Source: an uncultured delta proteobacterium (GTDB lineage: Bacteria > Myxococcota_A > UBA9160 > SZUA-336). From it: a DNA stretch of 64,000 nucleotides. The stretch spans positions 96,001-160,000 of the forward strand of contig CAVPHD010000009.1 of NCBI GenBank assembly GCA_963704165.1, given 5' to 3'. Shown one piece after another: positions 1 through 14,098 of this stretch; the first letter of the stretch is position 1; each line of letters begins with the position of its first letter. The notes beneath the pieces are model-generated. The model was not told the DNA's origin. It saw nothing but the letters and a program-made list of their open reading frames with translations, and searched no databases. A program made the translations under genes and the position numbers.

Positions 1-267
1 TCACGTCGCCACGCGCGGGAGGGCTCTCGCCGAAGAGCAGGGTCCGGTGATCGGAAGACGAACGCCGTAGGCGAACTTGTTCACCAGCACGTAGTCGCCG
101 ACCAGCAGCGTCGGGATCATCGAACCCGAGGGGATCTTGAACGGCTCGATGACGAACGAGCGGATCGCGAGCGCGATCAGCGCCGCCCAGAAGATCGCGC
201 GCAGCGTCTCGAAGCGCGGCTTCGCCGCGGCGTCTCCAGCTTCCGTATCCCGATCGGATTTCGCCAA
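1..267 (-). CDS. lepB: Signal peptidase I (5' part, runs off window; apparent 1-nt deletion near 43/44)
   Basis: TM segment then EPFKIPSGSMIPTLLVGDYVLVNKFAYG (catalytic Ser box); the shifted frame continues TLLFGESPPARGDV; directly downstream of lepA; TTG start inferred. Confidence 0.9.
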   Translation of the reverse strand: MAKSDRDTEAGDAAAKPRFETLRAIFWAALIALAIRSFVIEPFKIPSGSMIPTLLVGDYVLVNKFAYGVRLPITGPCSSARALPRVAT

Positions 268-278
268 AGTCGGTCCGC

Positions 279-2080
<1,802 letters not shown>

Positions 2081-2084
<4 letters not shown>

Positions 2085-3028
2085 GCTTTCGAACGCGCGA
2101 GCTCGGCCTTGAAGTAAGGCAGGGTCTTGCGCAGGCCCTCGTCGGGTGTGACGACCGGCTCCCAAGCGAGCACGCGCCGGGCCAGGCTGATGTCGGGACG
2201 GCGAACCTTCGGATCGTCCGGTGGCAGGTCGCGGTGGACGACCTTGCAGCTCACCCCCGCGATCTTGGCGATGCGCTGAGCGACCTCGAGCACGGTCATC
2301 TCTTCGGGGTTGCCGAGATTGACGGGCCCGACGTAGTCAGAGGCGAGCAGGCGCACGATCCCCTCGACCAGATCCGAGACGTAGTTGATGCTTCGCGTCT
2401 GCTGCCCATTGCCGAAGATCGTCAGATCCTCGCCGCGCAGGGCCTGGCTGAAGAACGCGGGGATCATGCGACCGTCGTCGGGGCGCATGCCGGGACCGTA
2501 CGTGTTGAAGATGCGCACGATGCGGGCTTCGACTCCGTGGTAGCGGTGGTACGCCATCGTCATCGCCTCGGCGAAGCGCTTCGCCTCGTCGTAGACGCCC
2601 CGGATGCCGACCGGGTTCACGTTTCCCCAGTAGCTCTCGGGCTGCGGATTCACCTCGGGGTCGCCGTAGCACTCCGAGGTCGACGCCAGAAGGAAGCGCG
2701 CACCCTTCTCCTTGGCGACGCCGAGCGCATTGTGCGTACCGAGCGCTCCGACCTTCAGGATCTGGATCGGCAGTCGCTCGAAGTCCACCGGGCTCGCGGG
2801 TGACGCGAAGTGGAGCACCGCATCGAGCTTTCCGGGTACGTGGATGAAGTTGGTCACGTCGTGCTTCACGAAACGGAAGCGATCGAGTCCGAACAGGTCC
2901 TCGATGTTCGCAAGCCGGCCGGTGAGCAGGTTGTCCATGCACACGACGTCCCAGCCGTCTTCGAGGAAGCGCCGGCACAGGTGCGAGCCGATGAAGCCGG
3001 AGCCTCCGAGAATCAGCACCCTACGCAT
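2081..3028 (-). CDS. UDP-glucuronate decarboxylase family (extended SDR)
   Basis: [51 protein letters not shown]. Confidence 0.9.
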
Positions 3029-3929
3029 CCCGTCCCCCCTGCTCCGCATCGAGATATCCATCGAGTGCCTCGCGCCAATGCGGCAGGACGAGCCCCAGAC
3101 CGCGCGCCCGTTCCAGTCCGAGGACCCCATACGCCGGCCGCGCGGCCGGGCGGGGCATTTCCCGGGTCGGAATCGGCACCACGTCGACGCGCCCGTTCAG
3201 TCCGCGTCGAATGCCCTCATCGATGACGGCGCGCGCGAAATCGAACCACGATGCCACGCCCTCGCATGCGAGATGAAGCCGACCTCGCGCCTCGACTTCG
3301 ACCGCCCGGAAGATCGCGCGCGCCAGCGCCGTCGTCCACGTCGGCCGACCGATCTGATCCTCGACCACGCGCAGCGTGGTGCCACGCGCGGCCGCGCCCA
3401 GAATCGTCCGGACGAAGTTCGGACCCGGTCCGAAGAGCCATTGTGTGCGCACGATCAGGAACTCGCCGCCCGCCCGGATGACGGCCTCCTCGCCCTCGAG
3501 CTTGGTCCGACCGTAAACACCCAACGGCGACGTCGCGGCGTCCTCCGGGATCGGCTGGCAGGCCCGGCCATCGAAGACGTAGTCGGTCGACATCTGCACG
3601 AGCAAGGGGCCGCCCGCACAGGCCGAGGCGAGCACTGCGGGAGCGACGGCATTCGCGCGGCGCGATGCCTCCGGCTCGCTCTCGCAGCGATCGACCGCGG
3701 TGAATGCCGCGCAGTTCAGCACGACGTCCGGTCTCAGCCGCTCGAGCGCGCGCTTCACCGAGTCCGGATCCGAGACGTCGAGATCCGCACGGCTGACACC
3801 CTGCGCACAGACCCGATGGGCGCTCGCGAGCCCGAGCACCGCTCGGCCGAGCTGACCACCCGCTCCCGTCACGAGCCAGCGCGATGCCGCGATCCGCTCG
3901 CGTTCGCCGTTCGCGGCCCCAGAACTCAC
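3021..3929 (-). CDS. rfbD: dTDP-4-dehydrorhamnose reductase
   Basis: [46 protein letters not shown] start overlapping the SPOR gene stop is inferred. Confidence 0.93.
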   Translation of the reverse strand: MSSGAANGERERIAASRWLVTGAGGQLGRAVLGLASAHRVCAQGVSRADLDVSDPDSVKRALERLRPDVVLNCAAFTAVDRCESEPEASRRANAVAPAVLASACAGGPLLVQMSTDYVFDGRACQPIPEDAATSPLGVYGRTKLEGEEAVIRAGGEFLIVRTQWLFGPGPNFVRTILGAAARGTTLRVVEDQIGRPTWTTALARAIFRAVEVEARGRLHLACEGVASWFDFARAVIDEGIRRGLNGRVDVVPIPTREMPRPAARPAYGVLGLERARGLGLVLPHWREALDGYLDAEQGGRDA

Positions 3930-4603
3930 TCCGTCGTGGCCCACGTGTCGAAGCCGAACCCGCGCAGACGCTTGGCGAGGTCGGCTGCAGCCTCGCCGGG
4001 GCCGGGTCGGATGCGGACCCGGAAGCGGCCGTTCTGCGCCGCAGGCTGACTGACGTAGGCGTCGAAGCCGCTGCCACCGAGCTTCGCGACGAGCTCCTCG
4101 GCCGGCTTGCGCTCGACGAACGAGGCCACCTGCACGACCGCCCCCCCCGGCCGCGCGGACTCCGGCGCTTCGGCGGTCTCGGGAACTGCGGCGGCCGCGG
4201 GCGAGGCCGGAGTCGGGGGCGCGGAGGCGACCGGCGGCGCCGGCTCGAGCTCCGCGGGCGGCACGAGCGCGGGCGGCGGTTCGACCTCGGCTTCGGCCTT
4301 CGCGGGCGCGGGTCGTGCCGTCGCCTTCCGCGGCGCCTTCCCTTCCTGGAGCTCGCCAAAACGTTCGAGCGGAGCGGCACTCGGCGCCGCCACGGGGGAC
4401 TCCGCAGCGCGCGCGCCGACCTCGACCGTCTCGACCGGTCCGCGAAGCCGCTCGAGCAAGAGGCGCGGGGTCTCCGAGAGCGACCCGATCACGATCCCGA
4501 GACACGCCCCCAGCGCAACGAGCGCGCTGCCATAGACGACGCGCAGCGCTGCCGAGCCCCTCGGTCGGCGGACTTCTCGGGCCTCATCCTCGCGCTTGGT
4601 CAC
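3926..4603 (-). CDS. SPOR-domain membrane protein (FtsN/DedD-like)
   Basis: N-terminal TM helix, Pro/Ala-rich linker, C-terminal VQVASF...FRVRI; typical position after argS. Confidence 0.8.
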   Translation of the reverse strand: MTKREDEAREVRRPRGSAALRVVYGSALVALGACLGIVIGSLSETPRLLLERLRGPVETVEVGARAAESPVAAPSAAPLERFGELQEGKAPRKATARPAPAKAEAEVEPPPALVPPAELEPAPPVASAPPTPASPAAAAVPETAEAPESARPGGAVVQVASFVERKPAEELVAKLGGSGFDAYVSQPAAQNGRFRVRIRPGPGEAAADLAKRLRGFGFDTWATTE

Positions 4604-4606
4604 TCT

Positions 4607-6274
4607 TCACATCCTCTCCGGCGCGTCGATACCGAGCAGCGCGAGGCCACTCGCGAGCACGATTCGCACCGCCGATACCAACCCGAGTCGGGCGATCGAG
4701 AGCTCACGGTCCTCCGACACCACTCGGTGCCGCTTCCCGTCCGAGACGTAGGTATTGAAACCGTTCGCGAGCTCGAGCAAGTAGCGCGCGATCTCCTGAG
4801 GCTCGCGGGCCGCGGCGGCATGTCGGACCGAATCGGGCCAACGGCCGACGAGCTTGGCGAGCTCGATCTCCTCAGGTGACACCAGACGGTGAAGCGGAAG
4901 ATCGCTCGGGTCCGCGGGGAGCTCGAGCGCCTGATCCTGCGCCTTGCGGGCAATGCTCGAGAGCCGCGCATGCGCGTACTGGACCTTGTAGACCGGGTTG
5001 CGATCGGATCGCTCCGCGGCAAGATCGAGATCGAAGTCGAGATGGGTGTCCGCGCGGCGCTCGACCATGAAGTAGCGAAACACGTCTCGGCCGACTTTGG
5101 CCAGGACCTCGTCGACGGTGACGAACCGGGCCGCTCGCGTGGACATCTTCACGAGCTCTCCACCCTCGCGCAGGTTCACCCATTGGTACATGACGAGCTC
5201 GACACGGCTCGCGTCGCAACCGAGCGCATCGAGCGCCGTCTTCACGTACGGGAACTGCGCGATGTGATCCGGGCCGAGCACGTCGATCACGGAATCGAAG
5301 CGGCGCTGGAGCGTCTCGCGGTGATAGGCGATGTCCGGCAGAAGGTACGTCGCTTCGCCGGTGGACTTGACCAGCACGCGGTCGCGCTCGAGACCGAATC
5401 CGGTCGAGCGCAGCCAGACCGCGCCGTCCTGCTCGAAGACCAGGCCGCGCGAGCGCAGCTCGGCGAGCGTCGTCTCGACCTGGTTGCGCTCGAACAGCGT
5501 GTGCTCGTTGAAGTACGAGTCGAAGCGGACACCGAGGCTCGCGAGCGTGCGCTCGATCTCCGCGAAGATCGCGTCGACCGCGCGCGCCTTGAAGCGGCTC
5601 TCGTCGGCGTCGCGGCACCCGTCGCCGACCTCCGCGACCAACGCTCGCGCGATCTCGACCAGATACTCACCCTGGTACCCCTCTTCCGGCAGCTCGGCGG
5701 GCTCGCCGAGAAGCTGCAGGTAGCGAGCGCGCAGCGACTGCGCGAGCACGCGCATCTGCCGGCCGGCGTCGTTGAAATAGTACTCGCGCGTGACCTTGTG
5801 ACCGGTCGCATCGAGCAAGCGCGCGATGCAGTCGCCGAGGACCGCATTTCGGCCATGTCCGATCGTCAGCGGTCCGGTCGGGTTGGCCGAGACGAACTCG
5901 ACCATCACCTGCGCACCCTGCCCGACATCGCTGCGTCCGAACGCCGCGCCTTCGCGCAGAACCTGTGCGACGACGCCGTGCCAACGTGTCCGGGCGAGAT
6001 AGAAATTGAGAAAGCCGGGGCCGGCGATCTCGGTTCGCTCGAGCGCACCGTCGGGATCGACGAGCGCCGATTGAAGGAGCTCGGCGACGGCACGGGGCGG
6101 GCGCCGCAGGGGCTTGGCGAGAACGAGCGCCGCGTTCGACGCGAAGTCGCCGTGCTCGACGGTCTTGCCGGGCACGATCGTCAGCGTCTCGAGAAGCGCC
6201 AGAGCGTCGGGGGCATGCTCGCGCAGAACCCGCGCCGCCGCGGCCTCGAGGAGCCTCTGGACTTGATCACGCAT
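4607..6274 (-). CDS. argS: Arginine--tRNA ligase
   Basis: HGDFASN, IAGPGFLNF, EFVSANPTGPLTIGHGR, KMSTR, YKVQYAHAR, C-terminal APERM. Confidence 0.98.
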   Translation of the reverse strand: MRDQVQRLLEAAAARVLREHAPDALALLETLTIVPGKTVEHGDFASNAALVLAKPLRRPPRAVAELLQSALVDPDGALERTEIAGPGFLNFYLARTRWHGVVAQVLREGAAFGRSDVGQGAQVMVEFVSANPTGPLTIGHGRNAVLGDCIARLLDATGHKVTREYYFNDAGRQMRVLAQSLRARYLQLLGEPAELPEEGYQGEYLVEIARALVAEVGDGCRDADESRFKARAVDAIFAEIERTLASLGVRFDSYFNEHTLFERNQVETTLAELRSRGLVFEQDGAVWLRSTGFGLERDRVLVKSTGEATYLLPDIAYHRETLQRRFDSVIDVLGPDHIAQFPYVKTALDALGCDASRVELVMYQWVNLREGGELVKMSTRAARFVTVDEVLAKVGRDVFRYFMVERRADTHLDFDLDLAAERSDRNPVYKVQYAHARLSSIARKAQDQALELPADPSDLPLHRLVSPEEIELAKLVGRWPDSVRHAAAAREPQEIARYLLELANGFNTYVSDGKRHRVVSEDRELSIARLGLVSAVRIVLASGLALLGIDAPERM

Positions 6275-6307
6275 GGCTCGTTCCGGTAGCTCGAAGCCTC
6301 GCGTCGG

Positions 6308-6652
6308 TCAATCTCGCGGCCGCTCGGCAGGCGCGGGCGACCTCGGCAATCGCACCACGATCTCGCCCGGGCGCACCATGCCGAGCGACTCCCGCGCCAC
6401 GGTCTCGATCTCGAGCGGGTCGGAGCGCAGCCGCTCCGCGCGGAGCTGCAGATCGGCGCGCTCCTCGTGCAGCCGGTCGAGCCTTACGTCGGCGGAGTCG
6501 AGCTCACCGTGTAGATGAAAGACAGCTCGAAGACCGGACTCGGCGTCGTAGAAGAGTGCGCCGGCGGCACCGAGCAGCGCAGCCAGCGGTCCGATCCAGA
6601 AGACCGCACGCAGCGAAGCACGCCGTTCGACTTCCTGGAGCTCAGGAGCCAC
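6308..6652 (-). CDS. Septum formation initiator (FtsB/DivIC family)
   Basis: TM helix, coiled coil, DPLEIETVARESLGMVRPGE; GTG start inferred. Confidence 0.8.
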   Translation of the reverse strand: MAPELQEVERRASLRAVFWIGPLAALLGAAGALFYDAESGLRAVFHLHGELDSADVRLDRLHEERADLQLRAERLRSDPLEIETVARESLGMVRPGEIVVRLPRSPAPAERPRD

Positions 6653-7220
6653 CGCTTCCCTCCTCCGATCCCGAGCGCCGCCCCGAGGCGAGCGCATTTC
6701 GGATCGCACGAGCATAGCGCGGGTCGTCCCAATTCTGAGGGCCTACGAAGCGTTCGAGGACGCGCCCGTCGCGATCGACCAGAAACGTCTCGGGTACGCC
6801 CGATACCTGATACGCGCCGTAGACGCGTTTGCCGGGATCGCGCGGAACCGGAAACGTCAGACCGAACTCCTGCGCGAACCGCTCGACCGCCGCCTCGTCG
6901 GCCTCGGAGTCGATCGAGATTCCGAGCACCTCGAAGCCCTCCTCCCGAAGCGACACGTACAATCGCTCGAGAGACGGGGCCTCCTCGCGGCAGGGGGGAC
7001 ACCAAGTCGCCCAGAAGTTCACGAACACGACGCGACCGCGCAGCGCCGCGAGCTCGGCATCCGGTCCGCCCGAAACGCGAAGCGTGAACTCGGGTGCGAC
7101 CGATCCGACACGCAACGAAGGTCGGGACGGCTCCCGGATCCAGGCGAGGGCGGCGATGCCTGCCGCGAAGATCGCCACGGCCGCGACGAGAGCAACGACG
7201 CCGCTCCGGGTCTGGCTCAA
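6642..7220 (-). CDS. TlpA/ResA-family membrane-anchored thiol-disulfide oxidoreductase
   Basis: N-terminal TM helix, VNFWATWCPPCREE, GVPETFLVDRDG. Confidence 0.9.
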   Translation of the reverse strand: MSQTRSGVVALVAAVAIFAAGIAALAWIREPSRPSLRVGSVAPEFTLRVSGGPDAELAALRGRVVFVNFWATWCPPCREEAPSLERLYVSLREEGFEVLGISIDSEADEAAVERFAQEFGLTFPVPRDPGKRVYGAYQVSGVPETFLVDRDGRVLERFVGPQNWDDPRYARAIRNALASGRRSGSEEGSGGS

Positions 7221-7609
7221 TGGGCCGCGTCGGCTCCCGCGCCGGTGGACTTCTGCATGTCCACGAGCTGGATCAGGGACATCTCGGCGTTGTCCCCGTG
7301 CCGCGTACCGAGCTTGAAGATCCGGGTGTATCCACCCGGTCGTCCGCCGTAGCGCGGCGCGAGCTCGTCGAAGACCTTCTTCGCGACGGTCTTGCTGCGG
7401 ATCGTCTCGAGCGCCCTGCGTCGAGAGGCGAGCGTTCCGCGCTTGCCGAGCGTGATCATTCGCTCGGCCAGCCGGCGCACTTCCTTCGCCTTCGCCGTGG
7501 TCGTGCGAACCTCTTCGTGCTCGAGCAGCGACGTGACGAGGTTGCGCAGCATCGCACGGCGGTGCGACGGGCTTCGAGACAGTTTTCGGTGAGCGTTGCT
7601 GTGTCGCAT
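7217..7609 (-). CDS. rplQ: 50S ribosomal protein L17
   Basis: MRH...HRRAMLRNLVTSLLEHE, GGYTRI; follows rpoA. Confidence 0.97.
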   Translation of the reverse strand: MRHSNAHRKLSRSPSHRRAMLRNLVTSLLEHEEVRTTTAKAKEVRRLAERMITLGKRGTLASRRRALETIRSKTVAKKVFDELAPRYGGRPGGYTRIFKLGTRHGDNAEMSLIQLVDMQKSTGAGADAAH

Positions 7610-7618
7610 GTCGGCCTC

Positions 7619-8644
7619 TCAGGCGTGAGCATCCTCGCGCATTCGGTCGAGTTCCTTGCGCGCGGGGAAGGTGTCGAGCCTCATGCCGAACTCCAGCCCG
7701 AGCCCGGCGAGGATCTCCTTGATCTCGTTCAACGACTTGCGGCCGAAGTTCTTGGTCTTCAGCATCTCCGATTCGCTGCGCTGCACGAGCTCGCCGATGT
7801 ACTTGATGTCGGCGTTCTGAAGGCAGTTCGCGGACCGCACCGAGAGCTCGAGCTCGTCGACCGGGCGGTAGAGGATCTCGTTCGGGGCGAGAATCGGCAC
7901 CGGACCGGCCACCGGGTACTCGGCCTGCTCTTCGAAGTTGATGAAGATCGAGAGCTGGTCCTTGAGGATCTTGGCGGAGAATGCGAGCGCATCGCCGGGG
8001 CTGACGGAGCCATCGGTCCAGATCTCGAGCACGAGGCGGTCGTAGTCCGTCTCTCGTCCGATGCGCGCGTTCGTGACCGTGTAGTTCACCTTGCGCACGG
8101 GCGAGAAGATCGAGTCGATCGGAACGGTTCCGATCGGCTGCTCCTCCTTCGCGTTCTTCTCCGCGAGCACGAATCCCTTGCCCACCTCGACGGTCGCGGT
8201 GAGCGAGAGCTCGGCGTCCTGGGAGAGCGTCGCGATGTGGTGTCCCGGCTCGAGGATCTCGACCGTCTGATCCGGAGACGAGAAGTCAGCGGCGGTCACC
8301 GCTCCGGGACCGGACTTCTTGATCTGGATCTGCTTGGGCCCGAGGGCGTTCGAGCGCAGTCGAACCTCCTTCAGGTTCAAGATCACGTCGGTGACGTCCT
8401 CGAGAACTCCCGGAATCGTGCTGAACTCGTGCTGCACCCCGTCGATCCGAATCGACGTGATGGCCGAGCCCTGGAGCGAAGACAGAAGAACCCGACGCAG
8501 CGAGTTACCGAGCGTGAGTCCGAAGCCCCGCTCGAGAGGCGCGCACTCGAAGCGCCCGTAGGTCGCCGAGAGGTTGTCCTCCACGTCGATCCGCCGCGGA
8601 CGAATCAGCGTCTGCCAGTTTCTGACCATGAGTTCGACGTTCAT
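7619..8644 (-). CDS. rpoA: RNA polymerase alpha subunit
   Basis: [44 protein letters not shown]. Confidence 0.98.
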   Translation of the reverse strand: MNVELMVRNWQTLIRPRRIDVEDNLSATYGRFECAPLERGFGLTLGNSLRRVLLSSLQGSAITSIRIDGVQHEFSTIPGVLEDVTDVILNLKEVRLRSNALGPKQIQIKKSGPGAVTAADFSSPDQTVEILEPGHHIATLSQDAELSLTATVEVGKGFVLAEKNAKEEQPIGTVPIDSIFSPVRKVNYTVTNARIGRETDYDRLVLEIWTDGSVSPGDALAFSAKILKDQLSIFINFEEQAEYPVAGPVPILAPNEILYRPVDELELSVRSANCLQNADIKYIGELVQRSESEMLKTKNFGRKSLNEIKEILAGLGLEFGMRLDTFPARKELDRMREDAHA

Positions 8645-8716
8645 GCGTCTCCTCCGGGAATGTACCGAGATGGGTGGGCGAGCAGGCGCGGGCGCGTCCG
8701 ATCGCGCCCGTGTTCA

Positions 8717-9343
8717 CTAGCGGGAATAGAGCTCGATGATGAGCTGCTCCTGAATCGGGAGCGTGATCTCGTCGCGGACCGGATCGCCGAGGATCGTACC
8801 CTGCTTCTGGTCCTTGTCTACCGAGAGCCAGCTCGGGACGCTGCGCGATTCGAGCGCCGCGAGTGCACCCTCGATCCGGGCGGCCTTCTGCCCACGCGGG
8901 GTCAGCTCGACCTTGTCGCCCTTGCGGACGCGGTACGACGGGATGTCGACGCGCCGTCCGTTGACCGAGAAGTGTCCGTGCCGGACGAGCTGGCGCGCTT
9001 CGGTTCGCGCGGTCACGAAGCCGAGGCGGAAGACCACGTTGTCGAGCCGCCGCTCGAGCAGCGCCATCAGGTTCTCGCCCTTGACGCCCTTCATGCGCGA
9101 AGCCTCGGCGACGGTCTTTCGGAACTGCCGCTCGAGCAGGCCGTAGATCCTGCGCACCTTCTGCTTCTCGCGAAGCTGCAGGCCGTAGTCCGAGAACTTC
9201 GGGCGTCCCTGGCCGTGCTGACCCGGTGGGTAGTTGCGTCGCTCGATCGAGCATTTGTCCGTGAAGCAGCGGTCGCCCTTCAGGAAGAGCTTCATGCCTT
9301 CCCGGCGACACAACCTGCAGACCGAATCGTTGTAGCGAGCCAA
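8717..9343 (-). CDS. rpsD: 30S ribosomal protein S4
   Basis: [42 protein letters not shown] start. Confidence 0.98.
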   Translation of the reverse strand: MARYNDSVCRLCRREGMKLFLKGDRCFTDKCSIERRNYPPGQHGQGRPKFSDYGLQLREKQKVRRIYGLLERQFRKTVAEASRMKGVKGENLMALLERRLDNVVFRLGFVTARTEARQLVRHGHFSVNGRRVDIPSYRVRKGDKVELTPRGQKAARIEGALAALESRSVPSWLSVDKDQKQGTILGDPVRDEITLPIQEQLIIELYSR

Positions 9344-9352
9344 GAGAACTCC

Positions 9353-9745
9353 TTACGCCCGGCGCCGCTTCGGCGGGCGACAACCGTTGTGGGGGATGGG
9401 CGTGACGTCGCGGATGTACGTGACCTTGAATCCGGCGGCCTGGAGTCCGCGTGCGGCCGGCTCGCGGCCGGCCCCCGGACCCTTCACGACCACGCCGATC
9501 TGACGCACACCGTGTTCCATCGCCTTCTTGGCCACGTCCTCCGCGCAGATCTGCGCGGCGTACGGGGTCGATTTGCGCGAGCCCTTGAAGCCCACCTGAC
9601 CGGCCGAAGAGGCGGCGATCGTGTTGCCCGCCACGTCGGTGATCGTGATGACCGTATTGTTGAACGTCGACAGAATGTGCGCGACGCCGGTCTGGATGTT
9701 CTTCCGGACCTTCTTCTTGACCTTTTTTGCTTTCGCTACACCCAT
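9353..9745 (-). CDS. rpsK: 30S ribosomal protein S11
   Basis: [33 protein letters not shown]. Confidence 0.98.
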   Translation of the reverse strand: MGVAKAKKVKKKVRKNIQTGVAHILSTFNNTVITITDVAGNTIAASSAGQVGFKGSRKSTPYAAQICAEDVAKKAMEHGVRQIGVVVKGPGAGREPAARGLQAAGFKVTYIRDVTPIPHNGCRPPKRRRA

Positions 9746-9752
9746 CGAGCGC

Positions 9753-10133
<381 letters not shown>

Positions 10134-10136
10134 TCT

Positions 10137-10250
10137 CTAGCCCTGCCTCTGCTTGTGTTTGGGGTTCTCGCAGATCACCCGCAGTACGCCTTTGCGGCGG
10201 ATGAGCTTGCATTTGACACACATCTTCTTGACGCTTGCGCGGACCTTCAC
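10137..10250 (-). CDS. rpmJ: 50S ribosomal protein L36 (zinc-binding type)
   Basis: GTG start, [37 protein letters not shown] (37 aa). Confidence 0.97.
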   Translation of the reverse strand: MKVRASVKKMCVKCKLIRRKGVLRVICENPKHKQRQG

Positions 10251-10261
10251 GGCCTGCCTCC

Positions 10262-11035
10262 CTAGTGCGTGCCCGGTACACGGGTCAGGATCTCCGGTCC
10301 GTGCTCGGTGATGGCCACGGTGTGCTCGAAGTGGCACGACCGCTTGCCGTCCGCGGTAGCCGCCGTCCACCCATCGTCGCGAAGACACACCTCGTACGAT
10401 CCCGCGTTCACCATCGGTTCGATCGCGAGCACCATGCCCTCGCGAAGCCGCTGTCCGCGCCCCGGTCGCCCGAAGTTCGGCAATTGCGGCGGCTCGTGCA
10501 TCACCCGGCCGATGCCGTGGCCGACGAAGTCTCGAACGACCGAGAATCCCTCGCGTTCGACGGTCTCCTGAACCGCCGCGCCGACGTCGCCGAGACGCTT
10601 GCCCGGCTCCATCTGCTCGACGCCGGCGTACAGGCTGTTCAGCGTGGTCGAGACCAGGCGGCGGGACTCGTCGTCGATCGTCCCGATCGCCGCGGTGAGC
10701 GCGGCGTCGGCGTGGAAGCCCTCGCAGACGGCGCCGAAATCGATCTTCAGCAGGTCGCCCTCGACGAGTCGCCGGCTGCCGGGGATCCCGTGCACGATCT
10801 CCTCGTTCACCGAGGCGCAGATCACCGCCGGGAACGGCGGGTTGTCGCCGGGCGCGTAGCCGAGGAACGAGGACTCGAGCTTGCGCGCCTTGATCTCCGA
10901 CTGCGCTGCGCGATCGAGCTCGGCCGTCGTCACGCCGGGCTTCGCGAGTTCGGCGAGGCGCGCGAGGATCTCGCCGACGTGGCGGCCCGCCTCGCGCATC
11001 TTGTCGATCTCGCGTTTGGACTTGAGCTGGATCAC
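10262..11035 (-). CDS. map: Methionine aminopeptidase type I
   Basis: [34 protein letters not shown]. Confidence 0.97.
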   Translation of the reverse strand: MIQLKSKREIDKMREAGRHVGEILARLAELAKPGVTTAELDRAAQSEIKARKLESSFLGYAPGDNPPFPAVICASVNEEIVHGIPGSRRLVEGDLLKIDFGAVCEGFHADAALTAAIGTIDDESRRLVSTTLNSLYAGVEQMEPGKRLGDVGAAVQETVEREGFSVVRDFVGHGIGRVMHEPPQLPNFGRPGRGQRLREGMVLAIEPMVNAGSYEVCLRDDGWTAATADGKRSCHFEHTVAITEHGPEILTRVPGTH

Positions 11036-11602
11036 GCGTCCGCTCCCAGCGCGCGCAGGAGTCTCGACGTGACCTCGTCCAGGGTTCCGATTCCATCGAC
11101 GCCCTGAACCTGATCCCGGTAGTGTTCGAGCACCGGCTGGGTATCGCGTCGATAGACCTCGAGCCGCTTGCGTGCCGTTTCCTCGGTGTCGTCCGCGCGG
11201 CCCTCGCCGCGCGAGAGGATGCGGCTGCGAAGCTCGTCGTCTGCGACGCAGAGCGAGAGCACGCGCGCACGCGCTCGACCCTGCTCGACCAGAATCCGAT
11301 CGAGCGCGACGGCTTGTGCGCGCGTTCGCGGGAATCCATCGAGGATGAATCCCGGTCTTGCAGTCCGCACGCGCCAGTCGATCGCGCACGATCTCGATCA
11401 CGACCTCGTCGGGCACGAGCTCGCCGCTGTCCATGATCGCCTTCGCGCGACGGCCGATTGGTGAACCGCTCGCGACCGCCTCGCGCAGGATGTCACCGGT
11501 CGAGATCTGCGGAATGTCGAACCGCTCCACCAGGCGCTTCGCCTGCGTGCCCTTGCCCGATCCGGGCGGACCCATCAGGATCAAGTTGAGTTCGCTCTTC
11601 AT
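11032..11602 (-). CDS. adk: Adenylate kinase, short-LID type (apparent +1 frameshift near 11350)
   Basis: [24 protein letters not shown] in one frame; [14 protein letters not shown] in the next. Confidence 0.95.
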
Positions 11603-12915
11603 CGTCCGCCCCGCCCACGCATCCGTGCGCCCTGAATGAACGAGTCGTAGTTGTGCGCGACGAGGTGTGCTTCGACCTGACCGACGGTGTCCATCGCAAC
11701 GCCGACGACGATCAGGAGCGCAGTTCCGCCAAAGATGAACGGTACGGCGAACTCGGACTGGAGCAGGTTGGGCAACACGCAGATCGCGGCGAGGTAGGCC
11801 GCGCCGACCGCGGTGATCCGGTTCATCACCCTCTGGATGTACTCGGCCGTGCGCTTGCCTGGACGGATTCCCGGGATGTAGCCGCCGTTCTTCTTGACGT
11901 TCTCGGCGACGTCGTCGGGATTCAACATCACGCCGGTGTAGAAGTACGCGAAGAAGACGATCAGGGCGACGTATACGAGGTTGTGGCCCCAGGTACTCCA
12001 GCCGAAGTAGTCGTTCACGAAGTCCGCGATGGACTCCATTCCGCTCCACTGAGCGATCTGGATCGGCAGGACGAGTAGCGACGACGCGAAGATCGGCGGA
12101 ATCACGCCGGAGGTGTTGAGGCGAAGCGGGAAGTAGGTCATGCCACCGGCGAGCTGACGTCGTCCGACGACGCGGCGCGCGTACTGGATGGGAATGCGTC
12201 GCTGCGCTCGCTCGAAGTACACGATCACGCCGACGACACCGACCATGAAAGCGAGCAGCAGGATCACGGCGATCGGCGCGAGCTGATCGGTGCGAACCAT
12301 GTCCCAAACGCGGGCGAGAGCGGAGGGAATGCTGACGACGATACCGGCGAAGATCACCAGGGAGATGCCGTTCCCGATGCCGCGTTCGTTGATCTGCTCG
12401 CCGAGCCACATGATGAACGACGTGCCCGCGGTGAGCGTGATGACCGTGCTGAATCGAAACGCCCAGCCCGGATCCAGGACGGTGTTCGCTCCGAGCGCAC
12501 CACCCTCGAGGGCCGTGGCCATCAGCATCCCTTGGATGACGGCGAGAATCACCGTTCCATAGCGCGTCCAGCGCGTGATCACGCGCCGCCCCTCCTCGCC
12601 TTCCTTCTTCAGCTCCTCGAGCTTCGGAATGACGACGGTGAGCAGTTGGAGGATGATCGACGCCGAGACGTACGGCATGATGCCGAGCGAGAAGATCGAG
12701 AGCTGCTCGAACGCACCGCCGGTGAAGAGGTTGAGCAGCCCGAACATTCCGCCGTCCGCGGACTGCTCGAAGTACCTGCGGATCTCGACGGGATCGATGC
12801 CGGGAGTCGGCACGGCGCAGCCGATGCGGTACACCGCGAGCATTCCGAACGTGAACAGGATGCGCCGGTTCAGCTCCGGGATGCGCGTGATATTTCCGAC
12901 GGAGCCCGGTGTCAC
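11599..12915 (-). CDS. secY: Preprotein translocase SecY
   Basis: [51 protein letters not shown]. Confidence 0.98.
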   Translation of the reverse strand: MTPGSVGNITRIPELNRRILFTFGMLAVYRIGCAVPTPGIDPVEIRRYFEQSADGGMFGLLNLFTGGAFEQLSIFSLGIMPYVSASIILQLLTVVIPKLEELKKEGEEGRRVITRWTRYGTVILAVIQGMLMATALEGGALGANTVLDPGWAFRFSTVITLTAGTSFIMWLGEQINERGIGNGISLVIFAGIVVSIPSALARVWDMVRTDQLAPIAVILLLAFMVGVVGVIVYFERAQRRIPIQYARRVVGRRQLAGGMTYFPLRLNTSGVIPPIFASSLLVLPIQIAQWSGMESIADFVNDYFGWSTWGHNLVYVALIVFFAYFYTGVMLNPDDVAENVKKNGGYIPGIRPGKRTAEYIQRVMNRITAVGAAYLAAICVLPNLLQSEFAVPFIFGGTALLIVVGVAMDTVGQVEAHLVAHNYDSFIQGARMRGRGGR

Positions 12916-13355
12916 GACGCGAGAATCTCCACGCTACCGCCCGCCGCCTCGACCTTCTTTCTCGCCGAGTCGGAGATCGCGGCGACGTGCAGCTTGAGCG
13001 CGACGCCGAGATCGCCCGCGCCGAGGATCTTGACCGGGTCGGAGACGTTGCGAACGAGCCCCGCCTCGGCGAGCGCGGCGACGTCGACGTCTGCACCCGG
13101 CGCGAAGCGTGCAAGGGTCTTGACGTTCACGACCTGCACGCGCCGCTCGAAGATGTTCGTGAATCCGCGCTTGGGCATGCGCATGACGAGCGGGATCTGA
13201 CCACCTTCACGGTGGGGCTTGTGCTTCCGGCCGGCTCGAGAGCCCGCGCCCTTCGTACCGCGACCGGAGGTCTTCGCACTGCCGCTGCCGACACCGCGCC
13301 CGACGCGCTTGCGCGGACGTCGCGATCCCGGATTGGGCTTCAGCCGATCGAGCAT
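12912..13355 (-). CDS. rplO: 50S ribosomal protein L15
   Basis: [30 protein letters not shown]. Confidence 0.96.
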   Translation of the reverse strand: MLDRLKPNPGSRRPRKRVGRGVGSGSAKTSGRGTKGAGSRAGRKHKPHREGGQIPLVMRMPKRGFTNIFERRVQVVNVKTLARFAPGADVDVAALAEAGLVRNVSDPVKILGAGDLGVALKLHVAAISDSARKKVEAAGGSVEILAS

Positions 13356-13558
13356 CACTCCCCCTCCACGCGAACGATGTGACGCACCTTGTTGATCATG
13401 CCGCGAATCGCCGGAGTGTCCTCGAGTTCGCGCACCGCGTTCGGCTTGCCCAGCCCGAGACCGCGCAACGTCTGATGCTGATCTGGCGCATAGCCGATCG
13501 CGCTGCGCACCTGGTGCACGCGGATCCGCGCGGTCGGCTTCGCCTTCTTGGTTGCCAT
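13355..13558 (-). CDS. rpmD: 50S ribosomal protein L30
   Basis: VRSAIG, TLRGLGL, DTPAIRGMINKVRH. Confidence 0.96.
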   Translation of the reverse strand: MATKKAKPTARIRVHQVRSAIGYAPDQHQTLRGLGLGKPNAVRELEDTPAIRGMINKVRHIVRVEGE

Positions 13559-13569
13559 CGTGGGCCTCC

Positions 13570-14082
13570 TCAGCTCGACGCCGCGCCGCCGAGCTCGGCA
13601 AGCCGCTCGGCGCGCACTCGAAGCTGGCGGAAGGCATCGAGCGTCGCGCGGATGACGTTGTGGTGTCGGTTCGTGCCCAGGCTCTTGGTGAGTACGTTCT
13701 GCACGCCCGCCGCTTCACAGAGTGCGCGGACTGCACCACCTGCGATCACGCCGGTACCTCGTCGGGCGGGCCGCAATACGACCATCCCCGCTCCAAATTC
13801 GCCCGTCACCTCGTGTGGGATCGTGCCCTCGAGCAGCGGGACACTGATCAGGTTCTTGCGAGCCTGCTCGATGCCCTTGCGGATCGCCTCTGGAACCTCG
13901 TTCGCCTTGCCGAGGCCCGAGCCGACCACGCCTTGGCCGTTGCCGAGGACGACCAGCGCCGTGAAGCCGAAGCGACGTCCACCCTTCACGACCTTCGCCA
14001 CACGGTTGATGTCGACCACGCGCTCTTCGAGCTCGTAATCGTTCGGGTTCAACCGTTCGCGTCGGAGATACTTTCGCGCCAT
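13570..14082 (-). CDS. rpsE: 30S ribosomal protein S5
   Basis: [34 protein letters not shown]. Confidence 0.97.
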   Translation of the reverse strand: MARKYLRRERLNPNDYELEERVVDINRVAKVVKGGRRFGFTALVVLGNGQGVVGSGLGKANEVPEAIRKGIEQARKNLISVPLLEGTIPHEVTGEFGAGMVVLRPARRGTGVIAGGAVRALCEAAGVQNVLTKSLGTNRHHNVIRATLDAFRQLRVRAERLAELGGAASS

Positions 14083-14098
14083 TCGATCCTTGCTCCTG

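Noticed and set aside
10250..10262. Absence of infA between map and rpmJ
   Set aside because: infA is located outside this operon in many bacteria, and the junction looks clean
10262..13114. 950-aa ORF that appears to fuse adk and map
   Set aside because: Produced by an off-frame read through secY plus the adk indel; the component genes are standard and separate
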